64,000 nucleotides of DNA from Octopus sinensis (taxonomy: Eukaryota): NCBI RefSeq assembly GCF_006345805.1, contig NC_043012.1, positions 7,192,001-7,256,000 on the forward strand. The letters are read 5' to 3'. Positions 50,965 through 63,736 of this stretch are shown here, piece by piece. The notes under the pieces were generated by a model. The model was not told where the DNA came from. It worked only from the letters and a program-made list of their open reading frames with translations, and ran no database searches. Within the stretch, counting starts at the first letter, position 1. The number at the start of each line of letters is the position of its first letter. The position numbers and the translations under genes were made by a program.

Positions 50965-52020
50965 TCCATTTTGACGTAGGCTGTTTTTTGTTGCCCAACA
51001 TATTTCTTTACTACCCACAAGGGGCTAAACATAGACGGGACAAACAAGGACAGACATATATATTAAGTCGATTATATCGACCCCAGTGCGTAACTGGTAC
51101 TTAATTTATTGACCCCGAAAGGATGAAAGGCAAAGTCGACCTCGGCGGAATTTGAACTCAGAACGTAACGGCAGACGAAATACAGCTACGCATTTCGCCC
51201 GGCGAGCTAACGATTCTGCCAGCGCGCCGCCTTTGTTGCCCAATATATTGCCGTTTACATCCCGAGCATGTAATTAAATCAAGTTCTCCGATGCGCATGT
51301 AAAATTAGTTTTTATGGTGAAATTATGTTCTTGTTCTAATCGCTGTCCTGATCCCTCTGTTATATTGATACAAATCCCACAGTTGGCTCTCCTACATTTT
51401 TTTACTGTCGGCTTAGCGGTTATTGTTGGGAGTAATTAGGCCTGGGTTAAAATCTTTTTCATTGATTTTGGTTGTCTCTTACTTTTGATGATTGGGTGTG
51501 TTTTGAGGATTTGATTCATCTTTGGGTCTCTCTTGGGTGGAGCTATGCTGTGGAGAATAGTGTCGAAGGCATCATTGTTATGTTGATTGTGTGTGGAAAT
51601 GTAAGGCAGGGTTTTCAATTTTTCTTCCTTCTTTGGTCTTGATTGCCTAACTTCTTGTGTATTTAATTTAAGTACTCGCTGGATCGTATTGTCGATTAAG
51701 AGCTGCGGGTAATTCCTATTGATGAGTGTGGTTTTCAATTCCTGGAGTCGTGTGTAACGGGTGTTTGCGTTTGATATTATTGTGCATATTCTTTTGGCTA
51801 AACAAAATGGGACATTCATTCTGGTGTGTCTCGGGTGGCAATAATCAAATGGCAAGTACTGCTTCGAGTCTGTGGGTTTGTAATAGATATCTGTCTCTAT
51901 TTGGTCTCCAACTTTCTTAATAAGGATATCTAAAAACGGTAGTTGTTCCTGACTGTACTCTATCGTAAATTGGAGGTTTTCATTTATTCCATTTAGAAGT
52001 GTTCGGAATTCGTTAAGTTT
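50965..52020 (-). mobile_element. Penelope-like element fragment (RT C-terminus, linker, start of GIY-YIG)
   Basis: LQFTIE..QLPFLDILI..TDIYYKPTDSKQYL..CHPRH..VPF.LAKRICTI; C..NCGIC..NFTCASENLI..CSGCKRQYIGQ. Confidence 0.9.
51002..51232 (-). mobile_element. B2 SINE inserted in the GIY-YIG YIGQ codons
   Basis: TSD TTGTTGCCCAA(C/T)AT at 50988-51001 and 51233-51246. Confidence 0.92.
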
Positions 52021-52033
52021 ATGTGTATGTGCG

Positions 52034-52098
<65 letters not shown>

Positions 52099-52942
52099 AT
52101 GTTGGTGTATGTACATGCATGTGTATGTGTGTGTGTATATATATATATGTATACGTATATGTATATATATTTGAGTGTCTGTATGTATGTATGTATGTAT
52201 CTATCTATCTATATATATATATATAAATATGTGTGTATGTATGCATGTAGGTATGTATGTATGTATGTATATGTGAATACGGATGAGTGTGTATATATTA
52301 ATATATACTCATATACATACAAATCTATGTATAAAAATACATGCATACATATATGCGTGTGCTTGCGTCGGTGCATATGTGTATGTGTATGCGTGCATGT
52401 GTGTGTGCGTGTGCGTACGTGTGTGTGTACGTGTGTGTGTGTGCGTGTGCGTACGTGTGTGTGTACGTGTGTGTGTGTGTGTGTGCGCGTACGTGTGTGT
52501 GTGTGTGTGTATGTGTTTGTGTACGTTTTACTATTTATCTATTTAACGAGTTCAATTTCCTGAAGAATGTTGAAGCTCTTTAATACTTCCACACACAATA
52601 TGCAATTATCGCTCACAAATCACCTGCTTTCTCTCTATTTTTAGGGAATCCCAACATTTGAAAAATGCTGTAGGGCATTTGATCACGTGGCGAGTGTCTG
52701 CTGCTTATAAAAACTATGTCAATGGAGTGATCCCCACACATGCTGCTGCAAGAAACCTCCCAATTTGGTCTCTTTTTAAGCAGAGTGAGATGTAATGCAC
52801 ATTTAACAAGTGAACTCAATGGCACAGTCAGCCATTGCAGAACAACTTACGTGGTCATTTAACCTGTTAGAAACAGCAGCTAAGTCACCCTAAGATTACT
52901 CTTAATAAAATGAACATGTTAGCATGTATGTATGTTTGCACA

Positions 52943-52991
<49 letters not shown>

Positions 52992-53267
52992 CTATATATG
53001 TGGTCTGATCAATAAGTATCCGGACTGTTGGCATAGTAACGAAGCTAAGGTATGCACAGTGAAGTATACAAGCATACATACTACACATGCATATGTACTT
53101 GGTATGCATGTATGGTATATATGTATGTATTCATGCATGCATGTATACATGTATGTATATATATATATATATATGTATTCATGCATGTATGTATGCATGT
53201 ATGTATATGAGTGTGTGTATGTATGTATATGTATGTATACATACATACACACTTTTCACTTTCTCAT

Positions 53268-53574
53268 CACTGGACTATCTTCTCTTCAGCCCCATAAAAG
53301 AGGGTTTGAGAGGCAAACATTATTCCAGTGACGAGGAAGTGAAAACTGTAGTGAAGAAGTGGCTCAAAGGACAGTCAACAGAATTTTACGGGGCAGGGAG
53401 ACATGCTCCCATTCGAAAGTGGAACATTGCTATTGAGAGAAACGGTGACTATGTTGAGATGTAGGGATGTGATCCACAGAGGACCAGCTTCCTTTTGATG
53501 TATGATACATGTTCCTGTGTTGGGTAATTATACCTGTTCTAAACAAAATGGCATTACTTTTTAACTCACCCTCG
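53268..53574 (+). mobile_element. mariner 3' fragment (transposase C-terminus and right TIR)
   Basis: DYLLFSPIKEGLRGKHYSSDEEVK..KWL..FY..GDYVE; TIR TTACTTTTTAACTCACCCTCG|TA. Confidence 0.88.
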
Positions 53575-53607
53575 TATGTATGTGTATGTGTGTATATTTA
53601 TATATAT

Positions 53608-53839
53608 ATTTCTTTACTGCCCACAAGGGGCTAAACATAGAGGGGACAAACAAGGACATACAAAGGGATTAAGTCGATTAAATCGACCCCAGTGCGAAAC
53701 TGGTACTTTATTTATCGACCCCGAAAGGATGAAAGGCAAAGTCGACCTCAGCGGAATTTGAACTCAGAACGTAACGACAGACGAAATACTGCTAAGCATT
53801 TCACCCGGTGCGCTAACGTTTCTGCCAGCTCGCCGCCTT
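53608..53839 (-). mobile_element. B2 SINE in (TA)n
   Basis: full copy; TSD-like TTTATATATAT. Confidence 0.9.
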
Positions 53840-54299
53840 TATATATATTATAATTACTATTATTGCTGTTGTTGTTGTGGTTCAGAATATTAGACAGGCA
53901 GGCGGGCAGGCAAGCAGCCGACATCTTCATCCGTTTTGAAAATACACTGAAGATACACAAACTCTTTTTGACTGGTATCAGATATAATGTTAGCAATGAT
54001 TCACACATACAAGATATTTATCATTATTTGACCTTATTAAAAGACCTGCAGTCGAAACTGATATGTAGTCACGAACTAGCTCAGTGTATGTCTGTTCGTC
54101 GTATTTCCTTTCATTAACCTTTACTCATTAACCTTGATATATTTAGATTGAATATAAAATCAAGTCCACCTCAAATATTCTCAGGACTTAAAGCAACTGT
54201 TGTTTCGTCGTTATTTTCTTTCAATTCGATATCTCATTTCCATTTAACGATGTATTTCAATCCATATATAGAAAGAGAGAGAAAGAGAAAAGAAGAGTG

Positions 54300-54387
54300 A
54301 GGTAGACAGATAGATAGATAGGCAGATAGATAGACAGCTAGATTGGTAGCCAGATAGATAGACAGACAGATAGATAGATAGACAGAC

Positions 54388-54478
<91 letters not shown>

Positions 54479-54553
54479 TAGACAGACAGACAGACAGATA
54501 GATAGACAGACAGACAGACAGACACATAGATATATATATATATATATATGTAT

Positions 54554-54601
<48 letters not shown>

Positions 54602-54675
54602 ACAGATAGATAAACAGACAGACAGGCAGACAGACAGACAAATATATATATATAGATAGATAGATAGATAGATAG

Positions 54676-54709
<34 letters not shown>

Positions 54710-54710
54710 A
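54300..54710. repeat. (GATA/GACA)n microsatellite
   Basis: direct. Confidence 0.97.
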
Positions 54711-55011
54711 TGCATAAATGCATTGGTTATATCTATACATATTCATACACACTTGGACACATAGGCACATGCACTTACGTATACATACAGACATGTACAT
54801 ATGTGTGCGTGTGCATACGTATGCATACACATACGTACGCACATGTACATACTCATAAATGTACGTGCATGGGCATAGATATACATACATAGACATACAT
54901 ACACACATAAGTTAATGTACTTTCGAAGACATGTATATTATTCGCAGTCTTTATCATATGGATATTTAACGGAAATAAGTCACGTTCTATCGAGGCTGTG
55001 CATGGAACACG

Positions 55012-55075
<64 letters not shown>

Positions 55076-55129
55076 TGCACATATATGTTTGTGTGTATGT
55101 GTGTGCGTGTGTGTGTATGTTTTTTGTGT

Positions 55130-55332
55130 GTGTGTTTGTCCCCCACCACCGCTTGACAACTGGTTTTGGTATATTCACGTCCCTGTAACTTAGCGATTCA
55201 GCAAAAGGGACCGCTAAAATAAGTTCGGGGATTAAAAAAACAATCAATACCGGGGTTGATTCGTTCGACTAAAGTTTCTCTTAGGCGGTGCCCCAGCATG
55301 GTCGCAGTCTAATGACTGAGGCAGGAAAAAGA
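55130..55332 (+). mobile_element. SINE family A, 3' half
   Basis: body and tail. Confidence 0.8.
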
Positions 55333-55349
55333 TGTGTGTGAATGTGTGC

Positions 55350-55449
55350 GTGTGTGTATACATACATATATATATTTATGTATGAATATATATATATATA
55401 AATTTATATATATTATACATATCTTTATATATATATATATATGTGTGTG

Positions 55450-55522
<73 letters not shown>

Positions 55523-55531
55523 TAATATATG

Positions 55532-55584
<53 letters not shown>

Positions 55585-55760
55585 TATATATATAATATGT
55601 ATATATATATATAATATATATTATAAATATATTTATTGACTATTTATTAAAATTTTATGTATTGATTAAGTCTTTCCTTGTTTGTTTTGCAAAATAGTGG
55701 TTTTGTCTCTAATAATATTTTATATGTATATATATATATATAAATATATATATATATAGG
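55350..55760. repeat. (TA)n-rich tract
   Basis: direct. Confidence 0.95.
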
Positions 55761-55783
55761 GAGAGAGAGAGATAAATATATAC

Positions 55784-55821
<38 letters not shown>

Positions 55822-57399
55822 GTAAAAAGTAAAAGAGTCAAAAGGAAAGGTAAGTACGGTTAGGCAGCCTTTTGATCGCGACGAATGTTTCGATACATAC
55901 AGATCCTCGTATATACAGGATTTAAATCTAAGTTTAAATTAAATTATGTAACGATTTACCTGTATAAGAAGATCTATACGTTTCTCCTCAGGCGATACTC
56001 AGTTGCTGTCTCCGTAAGTGAATCTAGATTTCCATGCTACAACTGACTATATATATATATGTGTGTGTGTGTGTGTTTGTGTGTGTGTGTATGTTTATGT
56101 ATATGTATATATATACGGAGCAAAAAATTCGAGAAAAAGTAATTTGCGAAGATTCCATTGACTCTACTATTATCTAGTGTAACAATTTAAAAATAATAAT
56201 AACTGAATCAATAATATAGGCGATTGCAGGCAAAAAAAAAAACAACAACATTAAATCCTTCAGCTATATATATATATATTATATATATATATATATATAT
56301 ATCTTGCACCAGAAGTAGTTATTAAACTTCTAGTTTTGAGATCTTTGAAAGTTCTTTGAGTCTCAAAGCCAGCGCTATATCATCTCTCAATCCATTATCA
56401 TAGAGACAATATGCAATTGTTCCCTTATTTACGACAAGGAAATATTCTGTTCCGTTTCCTTTACTAGGTTTTAAATACAATTCTTTTTTGACCTAGTTTA
56501 ACGCTAGATGCGGTCATTGAAACCATTGCAATGTCCAGGTTCTTTTGTGAGTCTTAAAAGTCGTTTAAGGATGCTACACAATCTCTGATGATTTTCTAAT
56601 GTTATCTGCTTATAAGGTTTTCCTAATAATAACAAACATTTCTATTACTGTTCACGAAATAAGTGTAAGTTGCCAGAACTAAATTATTTTCGAATAAATT
56701 CTATTTTGATAGATTAACACAAATATACACCGCTCTTTCTATCTATCTATCTCTCCCCCTCTCTCTCTCTCTTTGTATCTCCCCCCCTCTCTCTCTCTCT
56801 TACTGTATTGTACCATTAAAAAGTGGTGAAAGAAAATATACGGAAAGTGCAGGTTTGCAGTTTACAAATTTCGAAATATTGCAAAGATTTGTATTATTGT
56901 TGTTTTGTAGTTTTTGTTTGTATCTGTTGCTATCTCCGGCGCTCACTTCGCCGTCGTTGAAAATGTTGTTGTTAGCATTATCATTGTTGTTGTAATATAT
57001 ATTTTGCATGAAGGCAAACTGTTCTATAAATATTACTGTGAATAGAATGTTAATTGCAAAAATAATGTCGACAATAAAAAATTCTATAAATATTAACACT
57101 AAACCCTTTTAAAATGTTTCCCGAATACGTATGTTTATATATGTATGTTTGTGTATGTATATTACATATGTGTGTGTGTTTGCGTATTATGAATATATAT
57201 GTATATAAATATATGTATATGCATTTATAAATACGTGCACACGCACGCACGCACACACACAAACACACACACACATATATTGCTATGTCCTTTTAACTCT
57301 CTTTCATTCTCTCTATTTAACTATTTATATACATATGTATATATATATATATTCATATACACATAACCACACACACACACAAGCACATACACACATATA

Positions 57400-57587
57400 T
57401 GTGCGTGAGTGATGCGTGTATGTGTATATATATGTATTATATATATAAGTGTGTGTATATATATATATACTTATACATATATATTTATATGTATGTACGT
57501 GTATATATATATGTGTATATATGCATATATGTATGTGTGTATGTATGTATGTATGTATGTATGCATGTATGTATGTATATATGTATG

Positions 57588-57619
<32 letters not shown>

Positions 57620-57647
57620 CATGTATGTATGTATGCATGTATGTATG

Positions 57648-57681
<34 letters not shown>

Positions 57682-57800
57682 TGTATGTATGTATGTATGT
57701 ATGCATGCATGTATGTATGTATGTATGTATGTATGTATGTATGTATGTATGTATGTATGTATGTATGCATGTATGCATATGTATATATATATATATATAT
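57400..57800. repeat. (TATG)n microsatellite
   Basis: direct. Confidence 0.97.
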
Positions 57801-58120
57801 AATGTGTGCGTATTTGTATACATATTCGTTTATTCGATCAACGATAATACTAAAAAGAAAAACATTGCACAAGCGCATAGAAAACACAATATCCGGTGTC
57901 TTTCCGTCACTGCGATAGATTTGCTCAAGTGCAACTTGGATGAGTAGAGTAAGAGGGTGGGCAGAGTGGGAGAGAAATGGAATGGAGGAAGAATGGTAGA
58001 AAATTAAGGGAAGAAAGACAGAAAAGGTAAATAACGCAAAAGAGGAAAAGAACAGAGAGAGAAATGGAGAAAAAGAGAGTAAGAGAAAAAGGGGGAGAGT
58101 GTAAGAGGGTAGCAAGGAAG

Positions 58121-58159
<39 letters not shown>

Positions 58160-58862
58160 AGAAAGAGATAAGGAGAGAGAAGTACAATACTAAATTTTTG
58201 AGAGGAGGAATTTATGTTATGTGCACTGTTTATATTGGTCGGACTGATGTCCTCATCTTAATTGCTAATATTCACTGCGTTTCGGCTGTTGTATTCTCCA
58301 TTCTTCTTCAGGTGTCTTGCGATTCATTTTCGTGCCTCTACTGTGGATTGAACTGAGAACCTCAAGGTGATTGCATTGCATTAACCAACGCCTTTATCCA
58401 CTACGCTTCGAAAGTAGACAGACTGACAGACAGATATAGACAAAGAGAAAGACAGAAGGGAGACAGGTTATAAGTGGATAAAGACTGACAGAGACGGAGA
58501 GGGGGAGAAGAACAAAGAAAGACTAATGACAGACAGACTGATATAGAAGTAAACTGGATTCAACAATGAGGAGATATAAAGAAAAACATACAAGTAAAAA
58601 TAAACGATTGTAAAGTGAGACGATAAAAGATTAGATGTATTGAGGTGGGGCAGAGGTAGTGGTTATATGAAGGAGAAAATGTGGGGAGGAAACGGAAATA
58701 TCTATAGACACACACTCTGTGTGTAGGGCGTATTCAAAGTTGAATTAGAGTGAGGCATTATTGAAGTGTCACATTTCCGCTTCGACGGGCGACTAGCAAT
58801 AAACTGTGTTCCGCATATAGTCTTTGCTAGGTTTCTTTACGAAAAACCTGGACAACCTACGT

Positions 58863-59234
58863 ATATCCTTTTGTACTCCAGGCACAAGGCCCGAAATTTT
58901 TGGGGAGGGACCCAGTCGAGTAGATCTACCCAGTACGCAACTGGTACTTAATTTAACGACCTCGAAAGGATGAATGGCGAAGTCGACCTCGGCGGAAAAC
59001 CTATTTCTTTACTACCCTCAAGGGGCTAAACACAGAGGGGACAAACAAGGACAGACAAACGGATTAAGTCGATTACATCGACTCCAGTGCATAACTAGTA
59101 CTTAATTTATCGACACCGAAAAGATGAAAGACAAAGTCGGTCTCGGCGGAATTTGAACTCAGAACGTAGCGGCAGACGAAGTACGGCTACGCATTCCGCC
59201 CGGCGTGCTAACGTTTCTGCCAGCTCGCCGCCTT
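58863..59234 (-). mobile_element. composite: B2 SINE followed by the 3' half of a B1 SINE
   Basis: B2 at 59002-59234, junction AAAGAAATA|GGT, then TTCCGCCGAGG and a B1 tail. Confidence 0.82.
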
Positions 59235-59396
59235 TCGAACATAACCAAAATAATTCACATATGAAGGAAATTTAAATACTATATATTATTTTAACTCCTA
59301 TATTATTTTAACACCTGGCAAAGTTAAAGATTATGAATAAAAAAATAATAATTTGGCAATTTATATGTTAACAGATTTCGAAGGAAAATTTATACT

Positions 59397-59572
59397 TTTC
59401 TACTCGAGGCACAAGGCCCGAAATTTTGGGAGAGGGGCCAGTCGATTAGATCGACCTCAGTACATAACTGGTACTTAATTTATAGACCCCAAAAGCATGA
59501 AAGGCAAAGTCAACCACGGCGGAATTTGAACACAGGACGTAGCAGCGGGCGAAATACCGCTAAGCTCGCCGA
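59397..59572 (-). mobile_element. B1 SINE
   Basis: core and tail. Confidence 0.8.
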
Positions 59573-59614
59573 TGATGAAAAATAACAGATTTCAAATATT
59601 CCCTTTCGAGTCTA

Positions 59615-59830
59615 TATTTTACTTGTTTCAGCCATTAGACTGCGGTCATACTGGGGCACCGCCTTGACGGGTTTTGTCGAACAAATCGATACCGGTACTT
59701 TCTTTTATAAGCCTGGTATTTACTTTATCGGTCTATTCTTTTTTCTTTTTTTTTTTGCCGAACTGTAAGTTGTGGAAAGATAAACAAACTAACACCGGTT
59801 GTAGGGGACAAATGCAAATACTAAGAGACA
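59615..59830 (-). mobile_element. SINE family A, 3' half
   Basis: tail motifs. Confidence 0.7.
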
Positions 59831-59871
59831 CACGAACACAGAAATACACGCTCATAATATGTGTTTGTGTG

Positions 59872-59908
<37 letters not shown>

Positions 59909-59910
<2 letters not shown>

Positions 59911-60814
59911 CAATAATAATTCTCTAAATGAGATATAGACAGTGACTTCTCCATAACATAAGGGACATTAGCCAACTGAATATGGCTAGGGACAGGGCAG
60001 GGTGGTGGGGGTGTCACTGTTGCATTTAGCCCCAGGCGAACATCAACGTCACCAGATAGGCCGACGCCATCACGGCGTCCTCTATCTTGCAAAGGGAGAT
60101 CATTCCCCAAGAAGCGGATGCCACACACGGACCTAGGTTTCAAGGTGTATTGCCTATTATCAACGTATGGTAGGCACCGCTTCTCGACGAACAACTTACC
60201 GTGCAAGATATATATAAAGATTTTCAAGTAAATACATTTACTGATTTCGAAAATCTGTTCGACAGCAATAATAATTCTCTAAATGAGATATAGACAGTGA
60301 CTGCTCCATAACATAAGGGACTAAAGCCAACTGAATATGGCTAGGGACATGGCAGGGTGGTGGGGGTGTCACTGTTGCATTTAGCCCCAGGCGAACATCA
60401 ACGTCACCAGATAGGCCGACGCCATCACGGCGTCCTCTATCTTGCAAAGGGAGATCATTCCCCAAGAAGCGGATGCCATCTCATTTAGAGAATTATTATT
60501 GCTGTCGAACAGATTTTCGAAATCAGTAAATGTATTTACTTGAAAATCTTTATATATATCTTGCACGGTGAGTTGTTCGTCGAGAAGCGGTGCCTACCAT
60601 ACGTTGATAATAGGCAATACACCTTGAAACCTAGGTCCGTGTGTGGCATCCGCTTCTTGGGGAATGATCTCCCTTTGCAAGATAGAGGACGCCGTGATGG
60701 CGTCGGCCTATCTGGTGACGTTGATGTTCGCCTGGGGCTAAATGCAACAGTGACACCCCCACCACCCTGCCCTGTCCCTAGCCATATTCAGTTGGCTAAT
60801 GTCCCTTATGTTAT
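59909..60814. repeat. 355-bp unit in partial tandem plus an inverted copy, between (TA)n tracts
   Basis: unit 1 59909-60263; partial unit 2 60264-60478; 60478-60814 is the reverse complement of 59953-60289. Confidence 0.9.
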
Positions 60815-61305
60815 ATATATATATATATATATGTATACTCGACAGGTTTCTTTCAGTTTACATCTACAAAGGCTTTGATCGGCGTAGGGGTTTATGGTGA
60901 AAAACACCCAAGGTGCCACGTAAACAGACTGGACGAGGAGTCACAGGTTCAACCCATCTTACCACTCAGCCACTTTAAGCTTATTAAATTTACAAAACGT
61001 TATAAAAACGGAAAATTTTGATGACCAGACGAGATTAAAAGCATTAGAAACAGGTGTAGTGAGACTGTCTGAGACTGGTTCAGGAATAAGATGGCTCTTA
61101 GTGTTGAGCTTATATAAGTGGTTTGGTTGCATTCGGTGCAGCAGATAATAAATTAGATTTTCTAGAGAAAGGTATTTGTCTTAATTTGAAGGAGGAAACA
61201 ACTTGGTGTGAGAGGAGAGACAGATTCATGTATGCATGCACACACAAGTTGTGTGTGTTTTATATATGTATATGAGTGTGTGTTTTATATATATATATAT
61301 AAGTA

Positions 61306-61336
<31 letters not shown>

Positions 61337-61374
61337 AGTATATATATATAATACATATATATATATATATATAA

Positions 61375-61457
<83 letters not shown>

Positions 61458-61459
61458 AG

Positions 61460-61493
<34 letters not shown>

Positions 61494-61763
61494 GTATATA
61501 TATATATATGTGTGTGTGTGTGTATGTATGTGTGTTTGTGTGTGTGTGTCCATTTACACCCACAGTGTACTACATATGCATACACACAGATATTACCCAC
61601 AAATATGTGCACGCACACACACATTCTGCTTGCACGTACGTACATTGAAACAATTACACACCTTTATATATATATATATATGCACACACATACACACACT
61701 CATATGAAATACGTACACATATTGAGCCATAGGTATGTGTGTGTATGTTGTGTGAGTGTATGT

Positions 61764-61809
<46 letters not shown>

Positions 61810-62274
61810 TACGTATGTGTGCTAACAGGTACACACCAATATATATATACACGCACAGACACTTGTTCACGCGAGGGTGTTATATAGACCTATATACATA
61901 TGAATATATGAACGCGCAAAAACACTCAATTAAATATATAGATTTTATTTGTAACTTCACATTTGAATGGAGACGTACATTCGAATAAGTGGACGAAGCC
62001 TGTTGTCTTGGAAAGGATCACAGAGAAACTCACACACAGGACCACAGAAAAATGGCAATAAATGTTGCATTAACACGTGCGCACTCACACACATACACAC
62101 ACTTACACACACACATACACACACATACACACATACATACACACATACACACACATATACACATACACATACACACACATACACACACATATACACACAC
62201 ATGCACACACATACACACGTACACACACGCACACATATGGTTCTATACGTCGTCTAGTTTCCTATCCACATACA

Positions 62275-62885
62275 CAGGTGTGGCTGTGTGTTAAGCGGTT
62301 TTGCTTCACAACTGCATGGTTCCAGGTTCAATCCCACAGTGTGGTACCTTGGGCAAGTGTCTTCTACTATAGTCTCAGGCTGACCAAAGCTTTCTGAGTG
62401 GATTTCTGAAAGAAGCCCGGAAACTGAAAGAAGCCCGTCGTATATATATAAATATGTGTGTGTATGTATATGTGTGTATATGTGAGAGAGAAAGAGTCTT
62501 TGCGTTTGTTTACCTCACCAAAGCATGACAACCGGTGTTGGTGTGTTTACGCCCCGTAACTTAGTGGTTCAACAAAAGGCTCCGAAAGAAGATGCCAGGC
62601 TTTAGAAAATAAATACTGGGGTCGATTCGTTCGGCTAAAATTCTTTAAAATGGCACTCCAGCATAGCCGCGGTCTAACGACCGAAACGAGTGAGCGATAA
62701 AAGATACAAGAGATACGATTTCACGATTTCCTGGTGGTAAGTAGCTTGCTTACCAACCACATGGTTCCGAGTTCAGTCCCGCTGCGTGGCACCTTGGGCA
62801 AGTGTCTTCTACAATAGCCTCAAGCCGACCAAAGCCTTGTGATTGGATTTCGTAGATGGAAACTGAAAGAAGTCCATCGTATATA
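62275..62885 (+). mobile_element. family-A SINE copies (62275-62700, 62735-62885)
   Basis: A motifs. Confidence 0.8.
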
Positions 62886-62899
62886 TGTATATATATATA

Positions 62900-62945
<46 letters not shown>

Positions 62946-63206
62946 TATTTTAGCAATTAAGGACAACTACTTAATAAGGAAAACTTAACAAGAAATTGTC
63001 AGGTAGATAGCGTAAAAACCTCATAAGAGAAAAAATTTCGAAAATAATTATTTCTTATTGAACATATTATTTATATATAGAGGGCATTATACATACATGC
63101 CAGGAGGCATTCTACAACACGCCATACGCTAAAGGGACAATCAGTCATTTCTACCAAAAATATTACTAATCCCACCGAATGCAATTTCAAAAGAAAGACA
63201 TTTAAA

Positions 63207-63270
63207 AATATATAGACCTGTATCACAGTGATTTCATACTTACGTAATCATCAGCAGGCCTGAATATACT
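63207..63270 (-). ncRNA. candidate type I hammerhead ribozyme
   Basis: minus strand: AGUAUAU-UC-AGGCCUG CUGAUGA UUAC-GUAA-GUAU GAAA UCAC-U-GUGA UA CAGGUCU-AUAUAUU. Confidence 0.75.
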
Positions 63271-63693
63271 AAAATAAACAAACGACCCTGCTTCGCTTAA
63301 GCCGATCAGCTAACTGATCAACATCAACGAAGCACATGGGTGGGTTTATATATACTATATCCGGATGAATGGCAAACTTTTACGAATTGCATTTCGGGAG
63401 AGGAAAAGTTTTTTCGGAATAAAAATTTAGCAATTAAGGACAACTACTTAATAAGGAAAACTTAACAAGAAATTGTCAGGTAGATAGCGTAAAAACCTCA
63501 TAAGAGAAAAAATTTCGAAAATAATTATTTCTTATTGAACATATTAATTTATATATAGAGGGCATTATACATACATGCCAGGAGGCATTCTACATACACG
63601 CCATCGCTAAGAGGACAATCAGTCATTTCTACCAAAAATATTACTAATCCCACCGAATGCAATTTTTCAAAGAAAGACATTTAAAAATATATA

Positions 63694-63736
63694 GACCTGT
63701 ATCACAGTGATTCATACTACGTAATCATCAGCAGGC
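63694..63736 (-). ncRNA. second hammerhead copy with three 1-nt deletions (possible sequencing errors)
   Basis: same motif; GAAA reduced to GAA, loop II and stem I each lose 1 nt. Confidence 0.5.

Noticed and set aside
58275-58316. Minus-strand CTGAAGA..GAAACGC motif
   Set aside because: Stem II does not pair and there is no UH cleavage site; at most a PLE-like relic
63694-63736. Reading the second hammerhead as truly inactivated
   Set aside because: Unit 1 and unit 2 differ almost only by 1-nt indels, typical of low-coverage long-read consensus; cannot be decided without reads
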